Source of the DNA: Coprobacillaceae bacterium
GTDB taxonomy: Bacteria; Bacillota_I; Bacilli_A; Erysipelotrichales; Coprobacillaceae
Direction of reading: 5' to 3'
NCBI GenBank assembly: GCA_963675515.1
Contig: OY776328.1
Location: forward strand, 210,001-242,000
DNA: 32,000 nucleotides
Part shown: positions 18,086-26,276 of the stretch, one piece after another
Numbering within the stretch: the stretch's first letter is position 1
Layout of the letters: each line of letters starts with the position of its first letter
The notes under the pieces: generated by a model
The model's input: the letters and a program-made list of their open reading frames with translations, nothing else
The model's database searches: none
Told to the model about the DNA's origin: nothing
Program-made: the position numbers and the translations under genes

Positions 18086-19036
18086 ATGAAAAACAAAATT
18101 ACAATTTTCTCGTTAACTTCAAGCAAGGAACTTACACAATCAATTGCCTCAAAATTAGGAACGGAAGTTGGAAAGTGTGAAGTTCGCCATTTCGCAGATG
18201 GTGAGATCTTAGTTGAAATAGATGAATCGGTACGTGGGAAGGATGTCTACATCATTCAATCGACGTCTTCACCGGTGACAGACAACCTGATGGAGATATT
18301 GGTGTTGTGTGATGCCCTGAAAAGAGCATCAGCAGGACATATCACTGCTGTAATGCCTTATTTTGGGTATGCGCGTCAAGACCGTAAAGCGAAACCTAGA
18401 CAGCCAATCACATCGAAACTGGTTGCCGACTTGCTTACTGTTGCAGGTGTCGACCGTGTGATCACTGTCGATCTGCATGCGGCTCAGCTTCAAGGTTTCT
18501 TCAATATTCCAGTGGACGACATGCAAGCCTTGCCATTGTTGACGAATTATTTCAGAAACAAAGGACTTGATGATATCTGTGTTGTATCTCCTGACCATGG
18601 TGGGGCAAACAGAGCGCGAAAAATGGCTCAGGCTCTGGACGCACCGGTTGCAATCATCGACAAGAGACGCCCAAAACCGAACGTGGCTGAAGTCATGGGT
18701 GTGCTAGGTGATGTAAACGGAAAAAACTGTATCGTTATCGATGACATGATTGATACAGGTGGAACAATTACTGCTGGTATTGAAATGCTAATCAACAAAG
18801 GTGCCAAAAACGTTTTCGTGGCATGTACCCACCCGGTATTCTCAGGACCAGCCCGTGAAAGGTTGCAAAATTCTTCAGCTGTGGAAGTTGTTGTAACAGA
18901 CACGATTGCGATTCCTGATGACAAAAGATTCCCGAAATTGAGTATCGTATCAGTTGACTCGCTGCTTGCAAAGACAATTGAGCACGTTGAAAACAATCTT
19001 CCGGTTTCCGACGTTTTTGAAATGTATACATTCTAG
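18086..19036 (+). CDS. prs: Ribose-phosphate pyrophosphokinase
   Basis: FADGE..V.I.ESVRG.DV, GYARQDRK and the PRPP-binding loop VIDDMIDTGGT. Confidence 0.95.
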   Translation: MKNKITIFSLTSSKELTQSIASKLGTEVGKCEVRHFADGEILVEIDESVRGKDVYIIQSTSSPVTDNLMEILVLCDALKRASAGHITAVMPYFGYARQDRKAKPRQPITSKLVADLLTVAGVDRVITVDLHAAQLQGFFNIPVDDMQALPLLTNYFRNKGLDDICVVSPDHGGANRARKMAQALDAPVAIIDKRRPKPNVAEVMGVLGDVNGKNCIVIDDMIDTGGTITAGIEMLINKGAKNVFVACTHPVFSGPARERLQNSSAVEVVVTDTIAIPDDKRFPKLSIVSVDSLLAKTIEHVENNLPVSDVFEMYTF

Positions 19037-19103
19037 ATTTGAACAAATGTGTCAAAAAGGGTCTATTCTCTGCAAGTCTCACTAGTATCAAAGGAGATTA
19101 ACA

Positions 19104-19559
19104 ATGAAAGTACTATTACTGTCATGTTCGCCAAGTGGCGAAATAGACGAAGTAACAAGATTACTTGCGAAATCTCTTTGTGCACATAATGTGCAGCTGC
19201 TTTATGAAAAGAACATTCCTGCCCCCATCCGATTTCTAAGAAGAAATGATTCATTCCTGGATCCCGGTGTCACGCTCGGTGATTTCGATTTGATTGTTTT
19301 GGGAATAGAGCGATTGGACGGTTCCTATGTAAAATCATTGCGAGTTTTTTTTGAAAAACAGGGGATTTCTCAAAAGAAAATAGCATATTATTATCTGGAT
19401 GAGCTAAAAGCTCGATTCGCCCATCGCGAGTTGCAAAAGACTCTTTCCGGAAACAGAATCATGGGGTCTTTGGCAATCAAAGACGTTTCGACAAACTATC
19501 ACAAATACGTGATTCCGATAGTCCAATGGGCAAATAATATTGTAAGTAGAAGTATCTAA
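19104..19559 (+). CDS. Hypothetical protein (151 aa; weak flavodoxin-like N-terminal pattern)
   Basis: AAGGAG RBS and a clean ORF ending at a very strong terminator. MKVLLLSCSPSG...DLIVLG is only loosely flavodoxin-like. I do not recognise a family. Confidence 0.55.
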   Translation: MKVLLLSCSPSGEIDEVTRLLAKSLCAHNVQLLYEKNIPAPIRFLRRNDSFLDPGVTLGDFDLIVLGIERLDGSYVKSLRVFFEKQGISQKKIAYYYLDELKARFAHRELQKTLSGNRIMGSLAIKDVSTNYHKYVIPIVQWANNIVSRSI

Positions 19560-19560
19560 A

Positions 19561-19602
19561 AGGGATAGCATTGGCATCAAATGCCAATGCTATCCCTTTT
19601 TT
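19561..19602 (+). terminator. Strong rho-independent terminator
   Basis: Perfect 17-bp stem AGGGATAGCATTGGCAT-CAA-ATGCCAATGCTATCCCT followed by a T-run. Confidence 0.9.
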
Positions 19603-19847
19603 AGGTTAAAAATTATCTAATTGCTTTAAATAGTTCGAGATCAGGCATATAATTTAAAAAGTGATGAAAAAAATATACGCTTAAATCGGCCGCACTTTTT
19701 GATTTCTTGTATACAAAAGATACATCAATGAAACAACGATTATCACTTACATTTTCGGCAAAACACAAAATATTAAGGGGTAACTTTTAAAAAATATCGA
19801 ATATACCGGAATAATGTGTTTTTTGCGATAAAAATGATTTTGTAAAT

Positions 19848-19876
19848 TTGACAAGTTGAAGGGATTTTGATAATAT
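19848..19876 (+). promoter_or_regulatory. Sigma-A promoter for tatD and the YabE-like gene
   Basis: TTGACA (19848-19853), 17-nt spacer, TAATAT (19871-19876). Confidence 0.6.
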
Positions 19877-19895
19877 TCCTTGAGAGGTGAAATCT

Positions 19896-20654
19896 ATGTA
19901 TTTTGACAGTCATGTACATTTAAATAGTGAGCAGCTATATAATGACCGCGATTTGTTTATCGCCAATGCTCTCGAAAAGGGTGTTGATACAATGCTCGTT
20001 GTTGGATATGACATGGAGTCATCAAAGCTTGCAGTTGAGCTTGCCAACTCGTATGAATTTCTATATGCTGCTGTTGCAATCGGTCCTAATGATTGTAATG
20101 AGACAACAATGGAAGACATGCATGTACTGGAAAAATATCTAGATGACCCTAAGGTTGTAGCTATCGGTGAAACAGGACTCGATTATTATTGGGACCACGT
20201 AGCTGCTTCAAAGCAGAAGGAAGTATTTCAATGGCACATCGACCTGGCAAAGAAGCATAACTTGCCGCTGTCGATCCACTGCAGAGATGCCTATGAAGAT
20301 ACTTACACGATGCTGAAACAAGCTTCACATTTTGGGGTAATGCATTGTTATAGCGGTTCGGCCCAAATGGCCCAGCGTTTTGTCGATATCGGGTTCAAGA
20401 TATCGCTGGCAGGAACCGTGACTTTCAAGAATGCGCGAGTACCAAAGGAAGTTGCAGGATATGTTCAAATAGAAAATTTATTGATAGAAACTGATTGTCC
20501 TTACCTAACGCCACATCCCCATCGTGGCAAATTGAATGAACCTGCAAATGTTATCTACGTAGCTAAAGAAATCGCAAAGATTAAAAATTTAGAAATAGAA
20601 GACGTAGGGAACATAACTGAATTTAATGCTAAGCAATTGTTTGGGATTAAATAA
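19896..20654 (+). CDS. tatD: TatD-family metal-dependent DNase/hydrolase (YabD-like)
   Basis: MYFDSHVHL, IGETGLDYYW, LPLSIHCRDA, HCYSGS and ETDCPYLTP motifs. ATG 19896 has a GAGGTG RBS. Confidence 0.9.
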   Translation: MYFDSHVHLNSEQLYNDRDLFIANALEKGVDTMLVVGYDMESSKLAVELANSYEFLYAAVAIGPNDCNETTMEDMHVLEKYLDDPKVVAIGETGLDYYWDHVAASKQKEVFQWHIDLAKKHNLPLSIHCRDAYEDTYTMLKQASHFGVMHCYSGSAQMAQRFVDIGFKISLAGTVTFKNARVPKEVAGYVQIENLLIETDCPYLTPHPHRGKLNEPANVIYVAKEIAKIKNLEIEDVGNITEFNAKQLFGIK

Positions 20655-20668
20655 GGAGGAACCGATTC

Positions 20669-21643
20669 ATGAAATTTTTAAAGAAAAATGACATTAAACC
20701 AAACTCCCGTTTGTTCGGGATTATTATTGCACTCATTGTGGCCATGGTTGTCACAACACACGTATCACAAGCCGGAGCAGCTTTGACACTTGACAATTAT
20801 GTTGAAACGGTTGATATCTCGATCCAGGATGGGACTGCCCAACCAAAGGGATACCTGGTAAAACAGGATACGGTAAACAATGTTTTGACAGAATTGGATT
20901 ATCAGCTATATGGCGAAGATACCGTCAATAAAGGATTAGAGGCAATTGTCGAAAAGGGCGATCTATTGTCGATCACCCGTGTTTCCCGGGAAACAAAGGT
21001 TGAGAAACAAGAGGTTGCTTCACCCGTAACTTACGAATATTCAGATACAGTAGCCAAGGGTGGAACAATTCAACAGGGAATACCTGGTGAAATCACAAAC
21101 ACTTATGAAGTCGTTCTTCAAAATGGTGCGGAAGTTGAAAAAACTTTGATTTTATCAAAGAAAACAGTCAAAGAGACAACTACAGTCATCTCGAAAGGTA
21201 AAAAGCCGATAACGGTATCTTACCTTCCTTCTTCAGCGGAATTTGCCGATGGAATCAAGTCGTTCACTGGTATTTTGACTTATTATGGTGGTGATTGTGC
21301 TGGTTGCAGCGGATATGCGGCATCAGGGCTTCCATTGTTGCCGACATCAGGAGTTAATTACTCTAATACGGCTTTGCTGCAATATCAAGGCGGAAGCTAT
21401 TATTGCCTGGCGGCCGACCCATCGATTCCTTTTGGAACTATCGTTAAGATTGAAAACCATAATCTGAGCTTGAACTCAACAATTTACGGTATCGTCGTCG
21501 ATCGTGGCGGTGCGATCACCGGAACTCATTTCGATATCTTCTACGGTTCCAAAGACAATCCTTATTTCAGTGGCGGAACTTCATATAACACAAAATTCAC
21601 GATCGTATCATACGGAAGTGGTTCAAGAAACTTCTGGCGATAA
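20669..21643 (+). CDS. YabE-like cell-wall protein (N-terminal TM anchor, G5-like region, C-terminal 3D/RlpA-like domain)
   Basis: AAGGAGG RBS and TM helix FGIIIALIVAMVVT. The C-terminal GILTYYGGDC...YYCLAADPSIPFGT...GIVVDRGGAITGTHFDIF matches the 3D-domain pattern. It lies directly after tatD, as yabE does in B. subtilis. Confidence 0.75.
   Translation: MKFLKKNDIKPNSRLFGIIIALIVAMVVTTHVSQAGAALTLDNYVETVDISIQDGTAQPKGYLVKQDTVNNVLTELDYQLYGEDTVNKGLEAIVEKGDLLSITRVSRETKVEKQEVASPVTYEYSDTVAKGGTIQQGIPGEITNTYEVVLQNGAEVEKTLILSKKTVKETTTVISKGKKPITVSYLPSSAEFADGIKSFTGILTYYGGDCAGCSGYAASGLPLLPTSGVNYSNTALLQYQGGSYYCLAADPSIPFGTIVKIENHNLSLNSTIYGIVVDRGGAITGTHFDIFYGSKDNPYFSGGTSYNTKFTIVSYGSGSRNFWR
20980..20995. promoter_or_regulatory. 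Perfect 16-bp palindrome, a parS/NBS hybrid (candidate Noc or ParB site)
   Basis: TGTTTCCCGGGAAACA has the outer bases of parS (TGTTTCACGTGAAACA) and the central CCCGGG of the NBS (TATTTCCCGGGAAATA). Confidence 0.45.
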
Positions 21644-21646
21644 TAT

Positions 21647-21672
21647 AGTCAACCGCAAGGTTGGCTTTTATT
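21647..21672 (+). terminator. Rho-independent terminator after the YabE-like gene
   Basis: AGTCAACC-GCAA-GGTTGGCT (8 bp including one G-U pair, GNRA-like loop) followed by TTTTATT. Confidence 0.55.
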
Positions 21673-21774
21673 GTTTGTGGGGGCAATAATCCAAAAATTA
21701 ATGGTAAATACATTGCTTTTTTAAAAATTTTAGAATATGATATTATAACTAGAAGTCAAAGGAGTGGTAGTTTA

Positions 21775-23634
21775 ATGTATGATATAATTGTGGTCGGCGG
21801 CGGACATGCCGGCATCGAAGCATCTCTGGCACCAGCCCGGATGGGCAAGAAGACGCTGTTATTGACGGGCAATATCGACTATATTGGAGCAATGCCTTGC
21901 AATACGTCAATTGGCGGTCCCGCAAAAGGGATAATCGTCAGGGAGATAGACGCGCTTGGTGGCCAAATGGGGCTCACCGCTGATGCAACTTATCTGCAAA
22001 TGAAGATGTTGAATACCGCGAAAGGACCCGGAGTCCAGTCATTGCGGGCTCAGGCCGACAAAAAGGCTTATCCACGGTATATGCAGGAGGTTGTCAAAAA
22101 CCAGGTAAACCTCGATGTGATGGAAGGGATGGTCGAGGATCTTATCGTTGAAGACAATTCCGTTCAAGGGGTCATTCTCGAAGATGGAACCAGGATAGAA
22201 TCACGAATTGTCATTTTGACAACTGGAACTTTCTTGAAATCCCAGATTCTGGTAGGGGATCAAAAAAGAGATTCGGGACCAGACGACGAAAGGGAATCAA
22301 GGTTTCTTTCGGATCGCTTGAGTGAACTAGGATTCGAGATCCAAAGACTGAAAACTGGAACGCCACAAAGGGTACTGATCGACAGCATCGATTTTTCCAA
22401 GACTGAGATCCAACCAGGTACCGATGCAAAACTGTCTTTCAGTTACCAGACTAAAGAGTTTGTTCCCATTGAAAAACAGACACCGTGTTATTTGACTTAC
22501 ACCAATGAAAAGACCCATGAGATCATCAGGGAAAATCTTCATAAATCAAGCATGTACAGCGGCATTGTCAAAGGAATCGGGCCAAGATATTGTCCGAGTA
22601 TCGAAGACAAGGTTGTAAAATTCTCCGACAAGCCAAAACACCAGATTTTCCTGGAGCCGGAAAGCCTGGAGATGGACACCATCTACGTCCAAGGATTCTC
22701 AACATCTCTTCCTCACGAAATCCAGGAAAAGATGATTCGGACCTTGCCAGGGCTGGAAGACTGCAAGATCTTGAAATATGCTTATGCGATCGAATATGAT
22801 GCAATCAACCCTTTGCAGCTGTGGCCAAGCCTGGAAACCAAAGTTGTTAATAACCTCTTCACCGCGGGCCAAATCAATGGAACTTCCGGTTATGAGGAAG
22901 CTGCCGGGCAAGGTCTGATCGCGGGTATCAATGCCGCGCTGAAAATAAGCGGGAAGGACCCGCTGATTTTGAAGCGGGATGAGGCTTATATCGGTGTCTT
23001 GATCGATGACCTTGTCACCAAGGGAACAAACGAACCTTACCGCATGCTTACATCACGGGCCGAATACCGGCTTTTGTTGCGCCATGACAATGCCGACGAG
23101 AGACTTCTTAGCTATGGATACCAGGCCGGATTGGTTAAGGAAAGTGTGTATCAGGAATACCTGGAGCGGATCAAAGGCATCTATGATGAAATCGAGCGAC
23201 TGGAACAGATCCGATTCACGCCAAAATCAAAGGTAAACGAAATGCTTGAGAAGATCAATTCGTCGCCTTTAAGAGAGGGAATCAGTGCTAGAAACCTGAT
23301 CCAAAGGCCTGAAGTTAATTATGATCTGCTTATACCGTATATCGACGGACCAGATCTGACCGAGCAGCAGAGGAATCGGATAACAATTCTGATCAAGTAT
23401 GACGGCTACATTGAAAAAGCAAGAAAACAAGCGGAAAAACAGATGAAAAACGAGGCGAAGCGAATTCCGGATGACATTGACTATGATGCGGTCAAAAATT
23501 TGCGAATCGAGGCGCGTCAGAAACTGATGAAGGTTCGTCCTTTAACTGTCGGTCAGGCATCAAGAATATCGGGTATCAATCCTGCAGATATTGCGGTACT
23601 GTTGATAAATTTGAAACAACAAGGAGTTGAATAG
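21775..23634 (+). CDS. mnmG: tRNA uridine-5-carboxymethylaminomethyl(34) synthesis enzyme
   Basis: MYDIIVVGGGHAGIEA (FAD fold), AGQINGTSGYEEAA and GQASRISGINPADI. ATG 21775 has an AAAGGAG RBS. The ORF-track TTG at 21661 runs through the upstream terminator. Confidence 0.95.
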   Translation: MYDIIVVGGGHAGIEASLAPARMGKKTLLLTGNIDYIGAMPCNTSIGGPAKGIIVREIDALGGQMGLTADATYLQMKMLNTAKGPGVQSLRAQADKKAYPRYMQEVVKNQVNLDVMEGMVEDLIVEDNSVQGVILEDGTRIESRIVILTTGTFLKSQILVGDQKRDSGPDDERESRFLSDRLSELGFEIQRLKTGTPQRVLIDSIDFSKTEIQPGTDAKLSFSYQTKEFVPIEKQTPCYLTYTNEKTHEIIRENLHKSSMYSGIVKGIGPRYCPSIEDKVVKFSDKPKHQIFLEPESLEMDTIYVQGFSTSLPHEIQEKMIRTLPGLEDCKILKYAYAIEYDAINPLQLWPSLETKVVNNLFTAGQINGTSGYEEAAGQGLIAGINAALKISGKDPLILKRDEAYIGVLIDDLVTKGTNEPYRMLTSRAEYRLLLRHDNADERLLSYGYQAGLVKESVYQEYLERIKGIYDEIERLEQIRFTPKSKVNEMLEKINSSPLREGISARNLIQRPEVNYDLLIPYIDGPDLTEQQRNRITILIKYDGYIEKARKQAEKQMKNEAKRIPDDIDYDAVKNLRIEARQKLMKVRPLTVGQASRISGINPADIAVLLINLKQQGVE

Positions 23635-24339
23635 ATGAATCAAGATGAATTTGTTGAAAAGCTGGCACAGCGCGGGATAATGCTGTCGCCATTGCAGCTG
23701 GAGCAATTCGACAAGTATTACGAAATACTGGTCGAATGGAATCAAAAAATGAATCTGACTGCAATCACCGACAAGGAAGCTGTATATCTCAAGCATTTTT
23801 ATGATTCTTTGACTATAGCATTCGATTTCGATTTCAATGATCAAAAAATCGTCGATGTCGGAGCCGGAGCCGGGTTTCCAAGCATCCCATTGAAAATCGC
23901 GTTTCCCCAACTTGAAGTCACTATCGTCGACTCACTAAGCAAAAGGATAAATTTCTTGGAGCATCTGTTCAAGGAACTGAAGCTGGACAAGGTCAAAGCG
24001 GTGGCCGCAAGGAGCGAGGATTATGCGTCCAACCATCGGGAAAAAGCCGATATCGTCATGGCGCGCGCAGTTGCCCGATTGAACATATTGGATGAACTTT
24101 GCCTGCCACTGGTAAAAGTTGGCGGTCATTTCCTTTCTTTAAAAGGTCGTCAAGTCAATGAAGAAATCCAAGAGGCCCGACATGGAATTGCTGTATTGGG
24201 AGGGGAGATCGTAAATGTTGTGGAATTTTCCCTGGCCGACCAGGATGACCTTCGAGGCAATATAATAATCAAGAAAACAAAGGCGACTCCAGTCAAGTAT
24301 CCCCGCCAATTTGGTCAAATAAAAAAGAAGCCTCTATAG
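23635..24339 (+). CDS. rsmG: 16S rRNA (guanine527-N7)-methyltransferase
   Basis: WNQKMNLTAI, the SAM motif DVGAGAGFPSIPLKI, and ARAVA. The ATG directly abuts the mnmG stop. Confidence 0.95.
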   Translation: MNQDEFVEKLAQRGIMLSPLQLEQFDKYYEILVEWNQKMNLTAITDKEAVYLKHFYDSLTIAFDFDFNDQKIVDVGAGAGFPSIPLKIAFPQLEVTIVDSLSKRINFLEHLFKELKLDKVKAVAARSEDYASNHREKADIVMARAVARLNILDELCLPLVKVGGHFLSLKGRQVNEEIQEARHGIAVLGGEIVNVVEFSLADQDDLRGNIIIKKTKATPVKYPRQFGQIKKKPL

Positions 24340-24343
24340 TTTT

Positions 24344-24377
24344 GGCACTCTTAGCTTTAATGCTTGGAGTGCTTTTG
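24344..24377 (+). terminator. Rho-independent terminator after rsmG
   Basis: GCACTC(TTAGC)...(GCTTG)GAGTGC stem followed by TTTT. Confidence 0.55.
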
Positions 24378-24463
24378 TTGTCTAATTTTGGCTATCATAT
24401 TTAAAATTATCGGGAAATAATGTATAATTAAGTGCGATACCACACTAAAAGAGAGGCTAGATT

Positions 24464-25234
24464 ATGGCAAGAGACAAGTTGAAAGTAATTGCGATCAAGA
24501 AGATTTCCCGAAACGAAAAACAACCGCGAATCGAATTTAATGAGGATTCTCTGTTGGAATTGTCCCAATCCATCAAAGAAAACGGGATAATTCAGCCGAT
24601 CGTAGTGCGCCCTTACCAAAGCGGTTATCAGATTGTTGCCGGAGAAAGAAGATTCCGGGCGGCCCAACTGGCCAATATGACCGAAATCCCCTGCATTGTG
24701 AAATCTTTGGACCAGCTGCAGGTCGATACGATGGCGATCATCGAGAATGTGCAAAGAGAAAATCTTTCGCCCTATGAAGAGGCAAAAGCATACCAGACAT
24801 TGCTGGAAAAATATAATTATACCCAGAAAAATATTGCCGATGTCGTAGGCAAAAAACAATCTACAATAGCCAATAAACTGCGGCTGCTCAATCTGAGCCA
24901 GCCGGTCATTGAGGCCTTGAGTGCCAAAACCATCTCCGAACGGCACGGGCGGGCATTGCTTGGTTTGGATGAACAAAAGCAGGCGGAGATTTTAGGCGCA
25001 ATCAAAAATAGGGGGCTGACCGTCAAGGAAACTGAGATATTGGTCAACAAGAAGCCTAGGGTAAAAAAGGGGACGATAATTGCACCCAAAAAGGCGATCT
25101 CAAAAAACATCAGGATTGCGACCAACACAATTGACCAGGCGATTGGCATGATAGCCAAGACCGGGGTTGAGATAACCAAATCGATAAATGATTTGGAAGA
25201 CGAGTACGTCATCACCCTGACCATCAGGAAATAG
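24464..25234 (+). CDS. noc: ParB-family nucleoid occlusion protein (Noc-like), 256 aa
   Basis: GERR arginine patch (IVAGERRFRAA). The HTH region QSTIANKLRLLNL...ISERHGRAL resembles my recollection of B. subtilis Noc (QSTIANKLRLLKL...ITERHARAL) rather than Spo0J. The C-terminal IRIATNTI...YVITLTIRK tail is also Noc-like. The position after rsmG is the canonical noc position. Confidence 0.8.
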   Translation: MARDKLKVIAIKKISRNEKQPRIEFNEDSLLELSQSIKENGIIQPIVVRPYQSGYQIVAGERRFRAAQLANMTEIPCIVKSLDQLQVDTMAIIENVQRENLSPYEEAKAYQTLLEKYNYTQKNIADVVGKKQSTIANKLRLLNLSQPVIEALSAKTISERHGRALLGLDEQKQAEILGAIKNRGLTVKETEILVNKKPRVKKGTIIAPKKAISKNIRIATNTIDQAIGMIAKTGVEITKSINDLEDEYVITLTIRK

Positions 25235-25400
25235 TAATCAGGACAAACTGATTTATTAGAGCTCTCAACGCTGACTTTTTTCGATGATTCTTATAACCGT
25301 TAACATTGCCTCAACGCAATATAAACAAGATATAAACAAACCAAGCTTATCATATATTTATCCTTAGATGAGGAAAAAATATGATTAGGAGGCCAAATTT

Positions 25401-25838
25401 ATGGCAGTAACAGAAATCAAATATCCAACCACGATTGAAAAAGATGTTGAAAAAGCAATTCGGGACCGGCTTTTCAATGGGTTCAACAACTGGAACGGCG
25501 GTTATCAAGGGTGGCTTGAATGGTGTGACACTCTCTATGAACCAGATGCCCATTACAATGTCTATGGCAAACGCCTGACATTGCAACAATACAAGGACAT
25601 GATGGGGCAGCTCTTTGAACATTACACAATGGATCTTGGTCAATTCGAAAACATGATTATCTCGGAGAACTGGTGTGCCATCCGCTATAGCGTGAAAATC
25701 AAAAATCTGCACACAGGGGAAGAAGTTTTCCAGAATACTATGGAATTTGTGACCTTTAAGGAGAACCCTGATCCCATCGGTGTTCGAGTTGTCGAAGGCT
25801 GGGCGCTATCGGATTCTCCGTTGAGTGCAAATGGGTAG
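25401..25838 (+). CDS. NTF2-fold / SnoaL-like family protein
   Basis: AGGAGG RBS. A 145-aa protein whose pattern (WNGGYQGW..W....Y.PDA..NVYG...TL.QY...M) is typical of small SnoaL/NTF2-like proteins. The family assignment is from general resemblance only. Confidence 0.6.
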   Translation: MAVTEIKYPTTIEKDVEKAIRDRLFNGFNNWNGGYQGWLEWCDTLYEPDAHYNVYGKRLTLQQYKDMMGQLFEHYTMDLGQFENMIISENWCAIRYSVKIKNLHTGEEVFQNTMEFVTFKENPDPIGVRVVEGWALSDSPLSANG

Positions 25839-25900
25839 AAACATAGTTTTGTTTCAATTATATAATAATTAACTGTTATATTTTGAACGAGGTGTACCAA

Positions 25901-26029
25901 ATGACGTGGAGGGCAGTAATCCTGCAATTCATGAAATACATGGTTGATCAATGGAAAACAGTTTGGAAATCGAGTTCACCATGTTTTCTTGGCACGAACA
26001 AATGTGGTACATTACAAATATCAGTTTAA
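25901..26029 (+). CDS. Candidate small ORF (42 aa, Trp/Lys-rich, two Cys)
   Basis: ATG 25901 lies 6 nt after GAGGTG. TATAAT (25861-25866) and TGtTATATT (25874-25882) lie upstream. A strong terminator follows at 26048-26076. No homology recognised. Confidence 0.3.
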   Translation: MTWRAVILQFMKYMVDQWKTVWKSSSPCFLGTNKCGTLQISV

Positions 26030-26047
26030 AAATCCATCCATTTTATC

Positions 26048-26076
26048 AAAAAGACGAGTAAGCACTCGTCTTTTTG
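26048..26076 (+). terminator. Rho-independent (bidirectional-type) terminator
   Basis: AAAAAGACGAGT-AAGC-ACTCGTCTTTTT. Confidence 0.75.
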
Positions 26077-26226
26077 TCATGTCCGGGAATTTGGTGTGAC
26101 AGTTATTGGATTTAGAAATTTCATTGTGTTGATAAAATATCAATCCAATTGAATGAGAATTTAATCTTCTCTTACAATTCAAACGTAAGCGTCAAATAGA
26201 GCGGTGGAAGAATATTCTGATGCAAG

Positions 26227-26276
26227 GAAAAAGGAATCCGCGGACAATTTATTTCTGTCTTTGGATTCCTTTTTTA
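26227..26276 (-). terminator. Hairpin/T-run spanning the tnpC stop codon (IS66-internal terminator)
   Basis: GAAAAAGGAATCC (26227-26239) pairs with GGATTCCTTTTT (26263-26274). T-runs follow on both strands. Confidence 0.45.

Noticed and set aside
21661-21774. ORF-track TTG start at 21661 for mnmG
   Set aside because: The extension begins inside the upstream terminator stem and adds 38 residues not seen in MnmG. ATG 21775 has a good RBS and gives the canonical MYDIIVVGGGHAG N-terminus.
24404-24419. Perfect NBS right half-site GGGAAATA just upstream of the noc -10 box (possible autoregulation)
   Set aside because: The left half matches only 4/8. A single half-site in AT-rich promoter DNA is weak evidence.
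24428-24976. 182-aa ORF antisense to noc (and 24817-25224, 135 aa)
   Set aside because: Both are fully antisense to a CDS with strong ParB/Noc family motifs. They have no RBS or recognisable domain and a low-complexity composition typical of shadow ORFs.
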